The notes below the pieces were generated by a model, which was not told where the DNA came from, did not search any database, and saw only the letters and a list, made by a program, of their open reading frames with translations. From NCBI GenBank assembly GCA_029263315.1, contig JAJCXR010000024.1, positions 124,526 to 188,525 on the forward strand: DNA of 64,000 nt, written 5' to 3'. The first letter of the stretch is position 1, and the number at the start of each line of letters is the position of its first letter. The position numbers and the translations under genes are program-made. Shown here in pieces: positions 1 through 9,539 of the stretch. The DNA is from Acidobacteriota bacterium (GTDB taxonomy: Bacteria > Acidobacteriota > Thermoanaerobaculia > Multivoradales > J023).

Positions 1-303
1 CCCCCCGAGGTCGACGCCCCGCTCCTCCAGCCATTCCCGGTAAGCACCGAAATCCGAGCCGGCGGCGGCCACCAATCGGGTGTCATGGCCCAACAACGCC
101 AAGGTATAACCGATATTGCCGGCACATCCCCCGCGTTGCTTTCGCATCTCACTGACCAGGAACGAGATGCTGATGACGTGCAGCTTGTCGGGATGGATGT
201 GGTCTTTGAAGCTGCCGGGGAAGACCATGATCTGGTCGAAAGCTAGGGAACCGGCGACGATCACTTGGCCGTCCGGACGTAGATTGAGCGGAGAGGTGGG
301 CAC
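1..303 (-). CDS. PfkB-family carbohydrate/adenosine kinase, 5' part (runs off the window edge; not in ORF track)
   Basis: Manual translation from GTG at 303 after an AGGAG RBS: ...VIVAGSLAFDQIMVFPGSFKDHIHPDKLHVISISFLVSEMRKQRGGCAGNIGYTLALLG, a typical N-terminus of bacterial adenosine-kinase-like PfkB proteins. Confidence 0.8.
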   Translation of the reverse strand, partial: MPTSPLNLRPDGQVIVAGSLAFDQIMVFPGSFKDHIHPDKLHVISISFLVSEMRKQRGGCAGNIGYTLALLGHDTRLVAAAGSDFGAYREWLEERGVDLGG

Positions 304-334
304 GCTGAGGCTCCTATTGCACAAATTGGCACTC

Positions 335-365
335 GAACAAAGGCCCGCGACGGAGGTGCGCGGGC
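335..365 (-). terminator. Possible intrinsic terminator between the phosphatase gene and the pfkB gene
   Basis: Minus strand GCCCGCG-loop-CGCGGGC followed by CTTTGTT. Confidence 0.35.
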
Positions 366-499
366 GGGCTGCCGATCATCTCAAATGCGGTGGCCGATGC
401 AAAGCCCGACGACACATTTTGCCCGTCCCATGGCCTGGACCTGAGTTTTCTTTAGCCCCAGCGAAGAGTTTCTCGCCGGCTGCTGGATGTCGATGCCTG

Positions 500-1792
500 C
501 TAGATGTCTTCGTCTTCGACGCGGCGAGGCGGCATATACAGGGAGGGCTCCTCATGTGATGGGATCGCCGCCACCGCGCGACGTAGCTGCGGCGGAGGCA
601 TGTCGGGACGCAGGGGGGCGCGATCGAGCACCACCAGGGTGAGATCGTCCTGCGGATCGCCGCTGCCCAAATGCGCCTCCACCGCCTGCAGGATGGTATC
701 CAGCACCTCCTGGGCGCTGCGGGGCTGCTCCAATAGGCGGCGCAGGCGGTCGAAACCAAAGCTCTGCTCGCTGTCGCCGCCGATGGCCTCGGGCAGGCCG
801 TCGCTATAGAGCACCAGAAAATCGCCGGCGTGGAGGGTCAACCGCTGGCTGGTGTACTGCATCTCACGGCGCAGCCCCAAGGGGAAAGCACCCTTACCAA
901 GCTCCAGGATGGTGCCGTCGGCACGGCGCAGCAAGGGAAAGGGATGGCCGGCGCTGGCGTACTCCAACTCGCCGCTGCGCAGATCGAGGATGCCGTAGAA
1001 GAGGGTCATGAAAGCCCGACGACCGCCGGTCCGTTCGAGGACTCGATTGAGGGTGCGCAACACGGCCTCGGGGGAAGGATCGAGCTCGATGGCCGTTTTC
1101 AGCGAGGCGTTGGTGATGGCCATCAACAAACCGGCGCTGATGCCGTGGCCGCTGGCGTCGCCCACCGCCACCACCCAACGGCCGTCGGCCAAGGGCAAGA
1201 AATCGTAGTAATCGCCACCGATCTCCAAGGCCGTGCGATAGGAATGGGCGACTCGCCAGCCGGGCCACAGGGGGGTGTCCTGGGGCAACAAATCCCGTTG
1301 CAGCTGCCGCGCCACCTCGAGCTCGTCGCGCACCCGCAGCTGATCCACCAACTCGAGACCCAAAAGCAGGACCAAGGCGGCGATGGAGGTCAGGAACCAA
1401 AAGGGCGACGCATCGATGAAGATGCCGTGGGTGCCAAAATCGAAGTTGATGTCGAAAAAACCCAAGAGCGGGCAGAGCAATGCCACGGTGAAGAGGAGCC
1501 GCCGACCGGGGGACAGCTCCATGGCCATGCCGATGAAAAAATTTCGAATCTGCTCGAGGACCTTGGCCGGGTCCTGCTCCTCGAAGGCATTCTGTGAGCG
1601 GCTACCGGAGGAGAAGACGGAGAGGGCGCGGCTGGCGTCTTCTTCGAACAGCCTTTCCAACTCGCGCCGGTTGATACCGGAGGAGAAATCCCGCAGGAAG
1701 CGGGTCAAGCGATCGACGGTTTGCACACCTACCCTGGGGCTGCCTGGTTTGGGGCTGCCTGCTTTGGGGGCGATGCGTGGTGACTTGGCCAT
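500..1792 (-). CDS. Membrane-anchored PP2C/SpoIIE (RsbU-like) Ser/Thr phosphatase
   Basis: Two hydrophobic segments, then ARQLQRDLLP, IGGDYYD, VGDASGHG, YSDGLPEA and QDDLT motifs. Confidence 0.9.
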   Translation of the reverse strand: MAKSPRIAPKAGSPKPGSPRVGVQTVDRLTRFLRDFSSGINRRELERLFEEDASRALSVFSSGSRSQNAFEEQDPAKVLEQIRNFFIGMAMELSPGRRLLFTVALLCPLLGFFDINFDFGTHGIFIDASPFWFLTSIAALVLLLGLELVDQLRVRDELEVARQLQRDLLPQDTPLWPGWRVAHSYRTALEIGGDYYDFLPLADGRWVVAVGDASGHGISAGLLMAITNASLKTAIELDPSPEAVLRTLNRVLERTGGRRAFMTLFYGILDLRSGELEYASAGHPFPLLRRADGTILELGKGAFPLGLRREMQYTSQRLTLHAGDFLVLYSDGLPEAIGGDSEQSFGFDRLRRLLEQPRSAQEVLDTILQAVEAHLGSGDPQDDLTLVVLDRAPLRPDMPPPQLRRAVAAIPSHEEPSLYMPPRRVEDEDI

Positions 1793-1993
1793 GGCAATGG
1801 GGGGGATACGGCAGCGAGGGTCTGATCATTCGCTGTCTCTGATGTGCTCCTGCGCTCCACTGCGTCGCTCTGCTGCGTCGCTCCACTGCAGCGCAACCCG
1901 CCGAGACCCCCAACTCTATCAAGGGAGCCCCTCGAACGTACGTCGAGTCGTCCATGTTGACGACCTCACCGGGGGGCCGATACGCTGCCCTCC

Positions 1994-2812
1994 ATGATGC
2001 ACAGTGACGCAGATCCGCAACCGCACCAGGCGCCCTACGCCGAAGTCCCCCATGGGGATGTCTTCAGCGAGCGCCGAGAGAGAGTTTTTCTCGTCCTCGT
2101 GGGCCTGTTCTTGGGCTCGATGACCATGCTCAATATTCTGGGGGTGACCCGTTTCATCGATCTCTCCTTCAATTTCCTCGGTTTCAAGATCCCCATGGCG
2201 TTGGCGGTGGGGGTTCTACCCTATCCACTGACTTTTCTGTGCACCGATTTCATTTCCGAAATCTACGGCAGACGACGGGCCAATGCAGTTGTCTGGGTGG
2301 GTTTCTTGATCAACATCTGGCTCTTGCTCATCCTTTGGCTGGGGGGCGCCCTACCCGGTTTCGACACCCCTGCCATAGATCCCCAGTCCGGACGACAGAC
2401 TATCTTCTTCGAGCTGCGGGGCATGGCCGGCGGCGCCGCCGTCGCCTCGATGATCGCTTACCTGGCGGCCCAGCTGTGTGACGTGCACGTCTTCCATTTC
2501 TGGAAACGCCTGACCCGAGGTCGGCATCTGTGGCTGCGCAACAACGGCTCCACCCTGGTGAGCCAGTTCGTCGACAGCTTCGCGGTCATCACCATCACCT
2601 ATTTCTTCACCCAAGCGCCGTTGCCAGTCAATGCCTCACAGGCCGTCTGGCCGCAGCTTTGGGTGTTGATCGGCTCCTCCTACACCTTCAAGATGGTGGC
2701 CGCCCTTGTCGACACCGTCCCGTTTTACATCGGCAGCCATTGGATGCGGCGCTACTTGGGTCTCACCCCTCTGGCGACCCTAGCCGTGGTCGACGGGGCG
2801 GAGGCGGCTTGA
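1994..2812 (+). CDS. Queuosine precursor transporter (YhhQ/Vut_1 family)
   Basis: Multi-TM protein with YPLTFLCTDFISEIYG, ASMIAYLAAQLCDV and LWLRNNGSTLVSQFVDS motifs. Confidence 0.9.
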   Translation: MMHSDADPQPHQAPYAEVPHGDVFSERRERVFLVLVGLFLGSMTMLNILGVTRFIDLSFNFLGFKIPMALAVGVLPYPLTFLCTDFISEIYGRRRANAVVWVGFLINIWLLLILWLGGALPGFDTPAIDPQSGRQTIFFELRGMAGGAAVASMIAYLAAQLCDVHVFHFWKRLTRGRHLWLRNNGSTLVSQFVDSFAVITITYFFTQAPLPVNASQAVWPQLWVLIGSSYTFKMVAALVDTVPFYIGSHWMRRYLGLTPLATLAVVDGAEAA

Positions 2813-2854
2813 GCAGCCCGGCGACGCCGCGGTGGAGCGGCCTGGGGATGGGCG

Positions 2855-3367
2855 ATGCAGCGTAAATTCGCCGTCGTCTATGGGCTGCTGGCGGCGGCGA
2901 TCCTGATCTGGCTTTACGGCAAGTGGGACAACGAAGAGCGTCGCTTGCACCAGCGACTCGAGGGTCTGGGGACGCTGGTGGAGAAGGGGGAGGCGGAAGG
3001 TAACCTGGTGGCGGCCAACAAGGGGCGGCAGGTGGCTACCTTCTTTTGTCGGGATTTCAGCATCGAGCTACGGCCCTTCGATCAAAGGGTGCAGGACCGT
3101 GGACGGCTGGCCCAGATCATGCTCGGCTACCGTCAAGGGGCCGAAAGCATCGCCGTCGGCTTCGCCAACACCGACGTCACGGTGCTGCCGGGTCATCCCC
3201 AAAGCGCCGAAATGACCACTGAGGTGACGGTTAGTGGCAGGGTGGACGGAACCTCCCGCCGAGAAGCCTACCGCTTCAGCTTTCGGTGGCTCGAGGAGGA
3301 CGGCCAATGGTGCATCGAGCAGGCGGACCTGGTGGAGATTCTGCAGGGCTGGGAGGGCCTGCTCTGA
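2855..3367 (+). CDS. Membrane-anchored hypothetical protein, NTF2/SnoaL-like fold
   Basis: N-terminal TM helix; C-terminal beta pattern FRWLEEDGQWCI typical of NTF2-like folds. Confidence 0.55.
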   Translation: MQRKFAVVYGLLAAAILIWLYGKWDNEERRLHQRLEGLGTLVEKGEAEGNLVAANKGRQVATFFCRDFSIELRPFDQRVQDRGRLAQIMLGYRQGAESIAVGFANTDVTVLPGHPQSAEMTTEVTVSGRVDGTSRREAYRFSFRWLEEDGQWCIEQADLVEILQGWEGLL

Positions 3368-3459
3368 CGGTGGCCCCTGAGGGCCAGGCCTGTCCAAAGG
3401 CTGCTGTGGGCCGCTGGGACAGACTGAAGGCGGGAAATCGGCAAGCTGAAAATCAGAGG

Positions 3460-3545
3460 TGGTGCCGGAGGAGGGAGTCGAACCCACACGCCCTTTCGGA
3501 CAACGGATTTTGAATCCGTCGCGTCTACCATTCCGCCACTCCGGC
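3460..3545 (-). tRNA. tRNA-Leu (anticodon CAA)
   Basis: Reverse complement GCCGGAGTGGCGGAATGGTAGACGCGACGGATTCAAAATCCGTTGTCCGAAAGGGCGTGTGGGTTCGACTCCCTCCTCCGGCACCA: D-loop, CAA anticodon, long variable arm, TTCGA T-loop, CCA end. Confidence 0.97.
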
Positions 3546-4013
3546 GTAGCTGAGAGAGCGAATGCTAGGCGTTCCAGCCAGCGGGTGTCAACAGTCAAGA
3601 TGAGGAAATCTGAGAAGAGCGCACGGGGCTGGGCCTCAACTCTTGCCACGGCAGGAAACGCACCTAGGGACCCGGGGTGGAGCGGGGTTGCTTCTAACCC
3701 ATAGATTAGGTTATAGTTCTAGCCTTGAGGGTCTTGTCTAGGCCCAGATTTTGAGATCATAGCACGTGATTTCTACATGCCAGCACCTGCCGACACCGCG
3801 CTTCAACCGGCAACATGAGGTGGCTCCTTCTGCGATGTCTTGTCATCGCAGAGCCGTCCAAATTCTCGATCGCCTTCGGCGAAGACACTCGACCAATGTG
3901 CAGGCCGCGGTACCGTCCGCACTGCGACGATATACGCTAGTTAATTCCACACCTCGGAGGCTCGATCCGCTGATCGCCATCCGCGGTGAAGGAATCTGAA
4001 AGGGGTTCTCATA

Positions 4014-4658
4014 GTGAGCTTTACGGTAGGACAAAAAGTCGTCTATCCCAACCACGGGGTCAGCCGCGTCGAAGAGATCTCAGCCGCCACATTCGACGAT
4101 GTGGAGCAAACGCTCTATCACCTTCGTCTGTTGTCCAACAACTCCAAAGTCATGGTGCCCAAGGAAAACTTGGAGTTGGTGGGTCTGCGGCCCTTGGGGG
4201 ATGAAAACGCCATCAAGGCGCTCATCGGCATCCTCGAGGATGGCAACATCGATACCTACAAGGATTGGAAAGGGCGCTACAAGCAAAACCTCGACAAGAT
4301 GAAGACCGGAGAGCTCTCCGAGGTGGCAGAGGTTCTCAAGAACCTGTGTTTGGTGAGCCAGAAGAAGAGTCTCTCGTTTCGCGAAAAGAAGATGTACGAG
4401 CGGGCCAAGTACTTCATCGTCAGCGAGATTGCACATGTCAAGGAGCTCGAGGAAGAGGATGCCGACGCCTTGGTCGAGAAAGCCCTGGAGGTGAGCCTCA
4501 AGAAGCTGGAGAAGTCTCTCGGCAGAGCCAAGGCCAAAGCGGACGCCGAAGCAGCGGAGGCCGCCGAAGAAGAGGCTCTCAACAGCGACGACGGTGATGA
4601 TGACGAGGACGACGATGATGACGATGACGGCGACGAGGTCACAGCCGCCGCCGAGTGA
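4014..4658 (+). CDS. carD: CarD family transcription regulator with acidic C-terminal tail
   Basis: FTVGQKVVYPNHGV, conserved Trp in DWKGRYK, LSFREKKMYERA. Confidence 0.92.
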   Translation: MSFTVGQKVVYPNHGVSRVEEISAATFDDVEQTLYHLRLLSNNSKVMVPKENLELVGLRPLGDENAIKALIGILEDGNIDTYKDWKGRYKQNLDKMKTGELSEVAEVLKNLCLVSQKKSLSFREKKMYERAKYFIVSEIAHVKELEEEDADALVEKALEVSLKKLEKSLGRAKAKADAEAAEAAEEEALNSDDGDDDEDDDDDDDGDEVTAAAE

Positions 4659-4734
4659 TCTGCCTGGCGGAGAATTCGTCATCTTTCGAAGCGCTCCGGG
4701 GCGTTGGCCCCGATGCCGTTGAAAGTTTTCAACC

Positions 4735-4769
4735 AAGCCGCCCCAGGCTATGTCGGGGGCGGCTTTTTT
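4735..4769 (+). terminator. Rho-independent terminator after carD
   Basis: AAGCCGCCCC-loop-GGGGCGGCTT followed by a T run. Confidence 0.8.
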
Positions 4770-4946
4770 AGTGGCCGGGATCATCATCTCTATCGCCACC
4801 ATGGTAGCCTGAAGGGGAGCCTGCCGATGGCCGGCGGCGGATCTGCGGCGGGCATCTCCTGGACTAAACCTCAGCGTGATCGCCGCCCCACGCACCTCGA
4901 CCTGATATCAATCACCTGACCCGGACCGGGTCGTCGGAGAATCCCT

Positions 4947-5657
4947 GTGAGCCGCGATTCCCTGTTGTATACCTTGATCGGTTTGTTGGTCGGTTTCATC
5001 GCCGGCTTCATGCTCCATGAGTCCATGGCCAGCCGTCAGCCGGCTCCGAGCTTTGTCGGTATGGCAGAGCAGATCGGCGCCGGAGCCGCCCCCCAATCCC
5101 CCGCCCCTCGAGTCGGCGGCGCCAACGGGCCCCAGGACTCGATGCAGCAAGTGCAGCGACTCCGCCAATACGTCGAGGAGAACCCCGGCGATCTGGAGGC
5201 GCTCAAAGTCCTGGCCAATCTCAATCTCAGCATCCGCAACCTATCGCGGGCCTCGGAGCTCTTCGAGCGCTACGTGCAGCAGAAGGGTGATGACCTGGAG
5301 GTTCTCCAGGCCTATGGCAATTTGAGCTACGACCAGCAGGCTTGGCCGAAGGCGGCTGAGCTCTACGAAGCCTTCCTGGAGATCTCACCCAGCGATCATG
5401 GAGTGCGCACCGACCTGGGAGCCGTTTACCGTTACTTGGGCCGTTACGAGGATGCCTTGGCTGAGTTCGAGCGGGTGCTCCAGGCCAGACCGGATCATTG
5501 GGAAGCGCGCTTCAACGAAGTCCTGGTCAAGACCGTCGACCTCAGGGACTATGACGGTGCGGACAGGGCTCTTAAAGAGCTTCGGATCCTGCGTCCGGGG
5601 GACCCGTCCGTCGAGCGATTGGCGGCCGAGCTGGAGCGTCGCCGGCAAGGGGCTTGA
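4947..5657 (+). CDS. Membrane-anchored tetratricopeptide-repeat protein
   Basis: N-terminal TM; TPR-like repeats (YGNLSYDQQAW, LGAVYRYLGRYEDA). Confidence 0.8.
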   Translation: MSRDSLLYTLIGLLVGFIAGFMLHESMASRQPAPSFVGMAEQIGAGAAPQSPAPRVGGANGPQDSMQQVQRLRQYVEENPGDLEALKVLANLNLSIRNLSRASELFERYVQQKGDDLEVLQAYGNLSYDQQAWPKAAELYEAFLEISPSDHGVRTDLGAVYRYLGRYEDALAEFERVLQARPDHWEARFNEVLVKTVDLRDYDGADRALKELRILRPGDPSVERLAAELERRRQGA

Positions 5658-5914
5658 AGTTGCGCTTCATTCTCACCGCCCTGCTCATCATCTGGTTCTT
5701 CTGGCGCCTACAGCGCCTGGTCAGCACCTTGAAGGGGGCCAGCGGCAACACTCCTTCGGAAGTGCACTACGGCCACCGCAAGACGGTGGTGGAAACCTTG
5801 GAGCGCTGTGCCAACTGCGGTGTCCATGTACCGGCTAGCCAGTCGCTCTTGATGGACGACGGTAGCACATACGTTTGCTCAACGGCCTGCTACGAGGTGC
5901 TAGCGGGCTCCTGA
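5654..5914 (+). CDS. Small membrane protein with putative Zn ribbon (PP0621-like)
   Basis: TM helix then CANCGVHVP...CSTAC. Confidence 0.65.
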   Translation: MKLRFILTALLIIWFFWRLQRLVSTLKGASGNTPSEVHYGHRKTVVETLERCANCGVHVPASQSLLMDDGSTYVCSTACYEVLAGS

Positions 5915-5934
5915 CATCTGGATCTGTGATCTAC

Positions 5935-8493
5935 ATGGAGCCAAATTCGCCAACTCCTGAAGACTTTGCGGCGCCGCACGGCAAGACGGGTACGCTCGCC
6001 ACCTCCGACGGCCCGGAAGCGTCCACAGACGACGCGACTCCGTCTGTGGGCGGGGCCGATGTCCCGTCCGTGGGCGGGGCTGCTGTCTATTGTCACGTTG
6101 CGGTGCCCATTCCCGTCGAGCAGGCTTTGACCTACGGGTTGCCGTCGGCCCTCCAGGACGTGCGCCCCGGCTGTCGGGTCAAGGTACCCGTCGGCCGTCG
6201 CAAGCTCACCGGCATGGTGCTGCGCACCGATGTCGAGGCGCCGACGGATTTTGCCGCCAAGGACATCTTGGAAGTGCTCGATGTCGAGCCGGTGGCGCCG
6301 ACGGACCTCCTGCTGCTGGCACAATTTGTCGCCGACTACTATCTTGCCCCCATCGGCGAGGCGGCCCGCGCCCTGGTGCCGGCGGACTTGCCACCCTGGG
6401 GCCACCGGCGCATCGCTCTCACCGACGGCGGAGCGCTGGCGGTGGTCAAAGATGCCGACGAAGGCGCCATCCTCGGTGTCCTGATGCAACAGCGTCGCCT
6501 CCGACTGGCGGATTTGAAACGCCAGTTGCCGTCGATGCCGCAACTGGCCCAAGTGCTGCGGCGGCTGCAGGAGCAGGGCCGGGTGACGGTGGAGGAGCCC
6601 GGGCGTCGGGGCAGGCGTTTTGTCAAAGCTTTGGAGCTGCGTCCCGGCGATCGCGAAGAGCAGCTTCAGCGCTGCGGACGCAGTGTCAAGGGACGGGCGG
6701 TGGTGGACTTCCTGGCGTCCTTGGGCCGCCCCGCCACCTTGAGGGAGATTCGCCAAGCGATCGATTGCGGCGATGGTGTGGTACGCCGTTTGACCTCGTT
6801 GCAGCTCTTGCGGGAGTTCACTCAACCGGAGAATCGCTCCCTGGCCCGCCATCGGTTGCAGGCTGAGGGGGCCTCGACGCTGACCTTGCGTGGCGATCAG
6901 TCGGTGGCCGTCGATGCCTTGTTGGGGGCCCTCGACGCCGGCAGCTATGCGCCGTTTCTGCTGGCCGGAATGACCGGCTCCGGCAAGACCGAAGTCTATT
7001 TGCAGGCCGTCGCCCGCTGCTTGGCCAGCGACCGTTCCGCCATTCTCATGGTGCCGGAGATCGCTCTGGTTCCCGCCCTGGCCTCCGCCGTGCGCCAGCG
7101 CTTCGGCCAAGAGCTGGCCATCCTGCACTCCAATCTCTCGCCGTCGGAGCGTTTGCAGGAGTGGGAGCGGGTGCGACGGGGCGAGGCCCGGGTCGTCCTC
7201 GGACCCCGTTCCGCCCTGCTGGCACCGGTGTCGAGGCTGGGCCTCATCGTGGTCGACGAGGAGCACGATACGTCCTACAAGCAGGACGTCACGCCGCGCT
7301 ACAACGGGCGAGACTTGGCCTTGCTGCGGGCCCGGGACCACAGAGCCGTGGCGGTGCTGGTATCCGCCACCCCGAGCCTGGAGAGTCGCCACAATGTGGC
7401 CTCGGGCAAATTACAGCGCCTAGAGCTCTTGCGGCGGGCCGGCCATGGCCAGCTGCCGGAGGGAATCCTGGTGGATTTGCGGCGCGAGCCGGGGCCCAAG
7501 CGACCGGGGGAGATCTCCTTCTCGCAGGCACTGCGGGGGGAGATCGAGGCGGCGGTCGAGGCGGGGGACCAGATCATCTTGCTGCGCAATCGGCGAGGCT
7601 ACTCGCCGCTGCTGCTGTGCCGTGCCTGCGGCGAAAACTTCCTGTGCGAAGATTGTGGCCTATCGATGACTTTCCACAAGCGACAGCATCGTTTGGTATG
7701 CCACTACTGCGCCCATGAGGTGCAAGCGCCGATGATCTGTCCGCAATGCGATGAAGCGGCCCTCGAAGCGGTGGGTGCCGGGACCGAGAGGGTCGAAGAG
7801 CAATTCCGAGATCTCTACCCTGGGGTCGCGGTCGATGTGCTGGACGCCGATGCCGGGCGCCGGGCCGGAGGAGCGGCGGCGGTGCTGGAACGATTCCGCA
7901 GCGGCCAGACACAGGTGTTGATCGGCACCCAGATGGTGGCCAAGGGGCATCATTTCCCCCGCGTTTCGCTGGCCGCCGTGTTGCACGCCGACAGCTACCT
8001 CGGATTCCCCGATTTTCGAGCCGTCGAGCGCACCTACGCTCTGCTGACCCAGTTGGCCGGTCGGGCCGGTCGCGGTGAGCAGCCGGGCAAGGTGGTGATC
8101 CAGACGTTTCACCCCGACCACTACGCCATACAGGCCGCCCTGACCGGTGATGACCGGGCCTTTATCGAAGAAGAAATGAAGTTTCGGCAGAGTTTCTTCT
8201 ATCCGCCCTTCAGTCGCATGGTGAGCTTCTTGGGACGTCACAAGGAACCGCAGAAGGTGCATCAGGCGATGCAAGAGCTGGCGCGGCGCGTCCGGCGACA
8301 CCCCCTGGCCGCCAAGGCTCGCATCACCGGTCCCGCCGCGGCGCCCTTGGAGCGCCTGCGCGGTAAGTGGCGTTTCCAGCTTCTGGTGCGCAGCGCCGCC
8401 GGCTCCCAGCTACGGCAGATGGCCCGTCAGGTGCAAGAACCCAACCTCGGTATCGAGCTGACGGTCGATGTCGATCCCTATGACTTGATGTGA
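5935..8493 (+). CDS. priA: Primosomal protein N' (replication restart helicase)
   Basis: GMTGSGKTEVY, VDEEHD, Cys-rich Zn cluster, QLAGRAGR, DVDPYDLM C-terminus; ATG at 5935 is the likely start. Confidence 0.96.
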   Translation: MEPNSPTPEDFAAPHGKTGTLATSDGPEASTDDATPSVGGADVPSVGGAAVYCHVAVPIPVEQALTYGLPSALQDVRPGCRVKVPVGRRKLTGMVLRTDVEAPTDFAAKDILEVLDVEPVAPTDLLLLAQFVADYYLAPIGEAARALVPADLPPWGHRRIALTDGGALAVVKDADEGAILGVLMQQRRLRLADLKRQLPSMPQLAQVLRRLQEQGRVTVEEPGRRGRRFVKALELRPGDREEQLQRCGRSVKGRAVVDFLASLGRPATLREIRQAIDCGDGVVRRLTSLQLLREFTQPENRSLARHRLQAEGASTLTLRGDQSVAVDALLGALDAGSYAPFLLAGMTGSGKTEVYLQAVARCLASDRSAILMVPEIALVPALASAVRQRFGQELAILHSNLSPSERLQEWERVRRGEARVVLGPRSALLAPVSRLGLIVVDEEHDTSYKQDVTPRYNGRDLALLRARDHRAVAVLVSATPSLESRHNVASGKLQRLELLRRAGHGQLPEGILVDLRREPGPKRPGEISFSQALRGEIEAAVEAGDQIILLRNRRGYSPLLLCRACGENFLCEDCGLSMTFHKRQHRLVCHYCAHEVQAPMICPQCDEAALEAVGAGTERVEEQFRDLYPGVAVDVLDADAGRRAGGAAAVLERFRSGQTQVLIGTQMVAKGHHFPRVSLAAVLHADSYLGFPDFRAVERTYALLTQLAGRAGRGEQPGKVVIQTFHPDHYAIQAALTGDDRAFIEEEMKFRQSFFYPPFSRMVSFLGRHKEPQKVHQAMQELARRVRRHPLAAKARITGPAAAPLERLRGKWRFQLLVRSAAGSQLRQMARQVQEPNLGIELTVDVDPYDLM

Positions 8494-8558
8494 GGCATTC
8501 ATGGCACTTGGCTTCTTTCGATTGACCTCCTCTCCGCCCTTTGCTAGCTTCCTCGCCG

Positions 8559-9509
8559 ATGAGTACTGAAGAAAACAGCTTTGAAGCGCCGTTGGTCGAG
8601 TTGCGTCGGCGCATCGAAGAGCTCGAAGGATATCCCGAGGGGAGTGGCCACCGGCAGGAGCTGGAACAGCTGCACCATTCCCTGAAGAAAACCACCAAAG
8701 AGATTTTCGGCCGCTTGACACCGTGGCAGAAGACGTTGGTGGCGCGCCATTTCGACCGTCCCTATACCCTGGACTACGTCCAACACCTGACCACCGATTG
8801 GCAGGAGATCCACGGCGATCGTGCCTTCGGCGAAGATCCCTCCGTGGTGGCCGGTCTCGCCACCTTCAGGGGAAAATCCGTCGCCATCATCGGCCATCAG
8901 AAGGGCCGTGGGACCAAGGAACGGATTCACCGCAATTTTGGCCAGCCCCGCCCGGAGGGCTACCGCAAGGCTCTGCGGGTGATGCGCTTGGCGGAGCGCT
9001 TTCGGCTGCCGGTGATCACCTTGATCGATACCCCCGGGGCCTACCCGGGCATCGGGGCCGAAGAGCGTGGACAGGCGGAGGCCATCGCCCGCAATCTCAT
9101 CGAGATGGCGGATCTGGAAGTGCCCATCGTCGCCGTCATCACCGGCGAGGGGGGCAGTGGCGGTGCCTTGGCCTTGGGGGTCGGCAATCGCGTCTACATG
9201 CTGGAGTACTCCATTTACTCGGTGATCTCACCGGAAGGTTGCGCGGCGATTCTGTGGAAGGATCAAACCAAGAAATCGGAAGCTGCGCGGGCCCTCAAGC
9301 TGACCGCCCCCGACCTACGCCAGTTGGGAGTGGTCGACGGGGTCATCGCCGAGCCCCCGGGGGGAGCCCACACCGATATCGAAACGGTGTGCCGAGATGT
9401 CGGCGAGACCATCGCCAAGGCGCTGCAGGAGCTCGAGGGCATGTCCGCCGAAGAGCTGATCGCCGATCGCTATAGGAAATTCCGTGCCCTCGGGGCCTTT
9501 GCCGGCTGA
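8559..9509 (+). CDS. accA: Acetyl-CoA carboxylase carboxyltransferase alpha subunit
   Basis: RPYTLDY, GHQKGR, PEGYRKALR, GEGGSGGALA, SVISPEGCAAILWK. Confidence 0.97.
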   Translation: MSTEENSFEAPLVELRRRIEELEGYPEGSGHRQELEQLHHSLKKTTKEIFGRLTPWQKTLVARHFDRPYTLDYVQHLTTDWQEIHGDRAFGEDPSVVAGLATFRGKSVAIIGHQKGRGTKERIHRNFGQPRPEGYRKALRVMRLAERFRLPVITLIDTPGAYPGIGAEERGQAEAIARNLIEMADLEVPIVAVITGEGGSGGALALGVGNRVYMLEYSIYSVISPEGCAAILWKDQTKKSEAARALKLTAPDLRQLGVVDGVIAEPPGGAHTDIETVCRDVGETIAKALQELEGMSAEELIADRYRKFRALGAFAG

Positions 9510-9539
9510 GGCCGGTGCGCCTCCAGCCATCTCTCCACC

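Noticed and set aside
1793-1993. preQ1 riboswitch upstream of the queuosine precursor transporter
   Set aside because: No recognisable preQ1 stem-loop with A-rich tail; only low-complexity GCTCC/ACTGC repeats.
3460-3545. tRNA-Leu as an integration site
   Set aside because: No duplicated tRNA 3' end and no integrase seen in the window.
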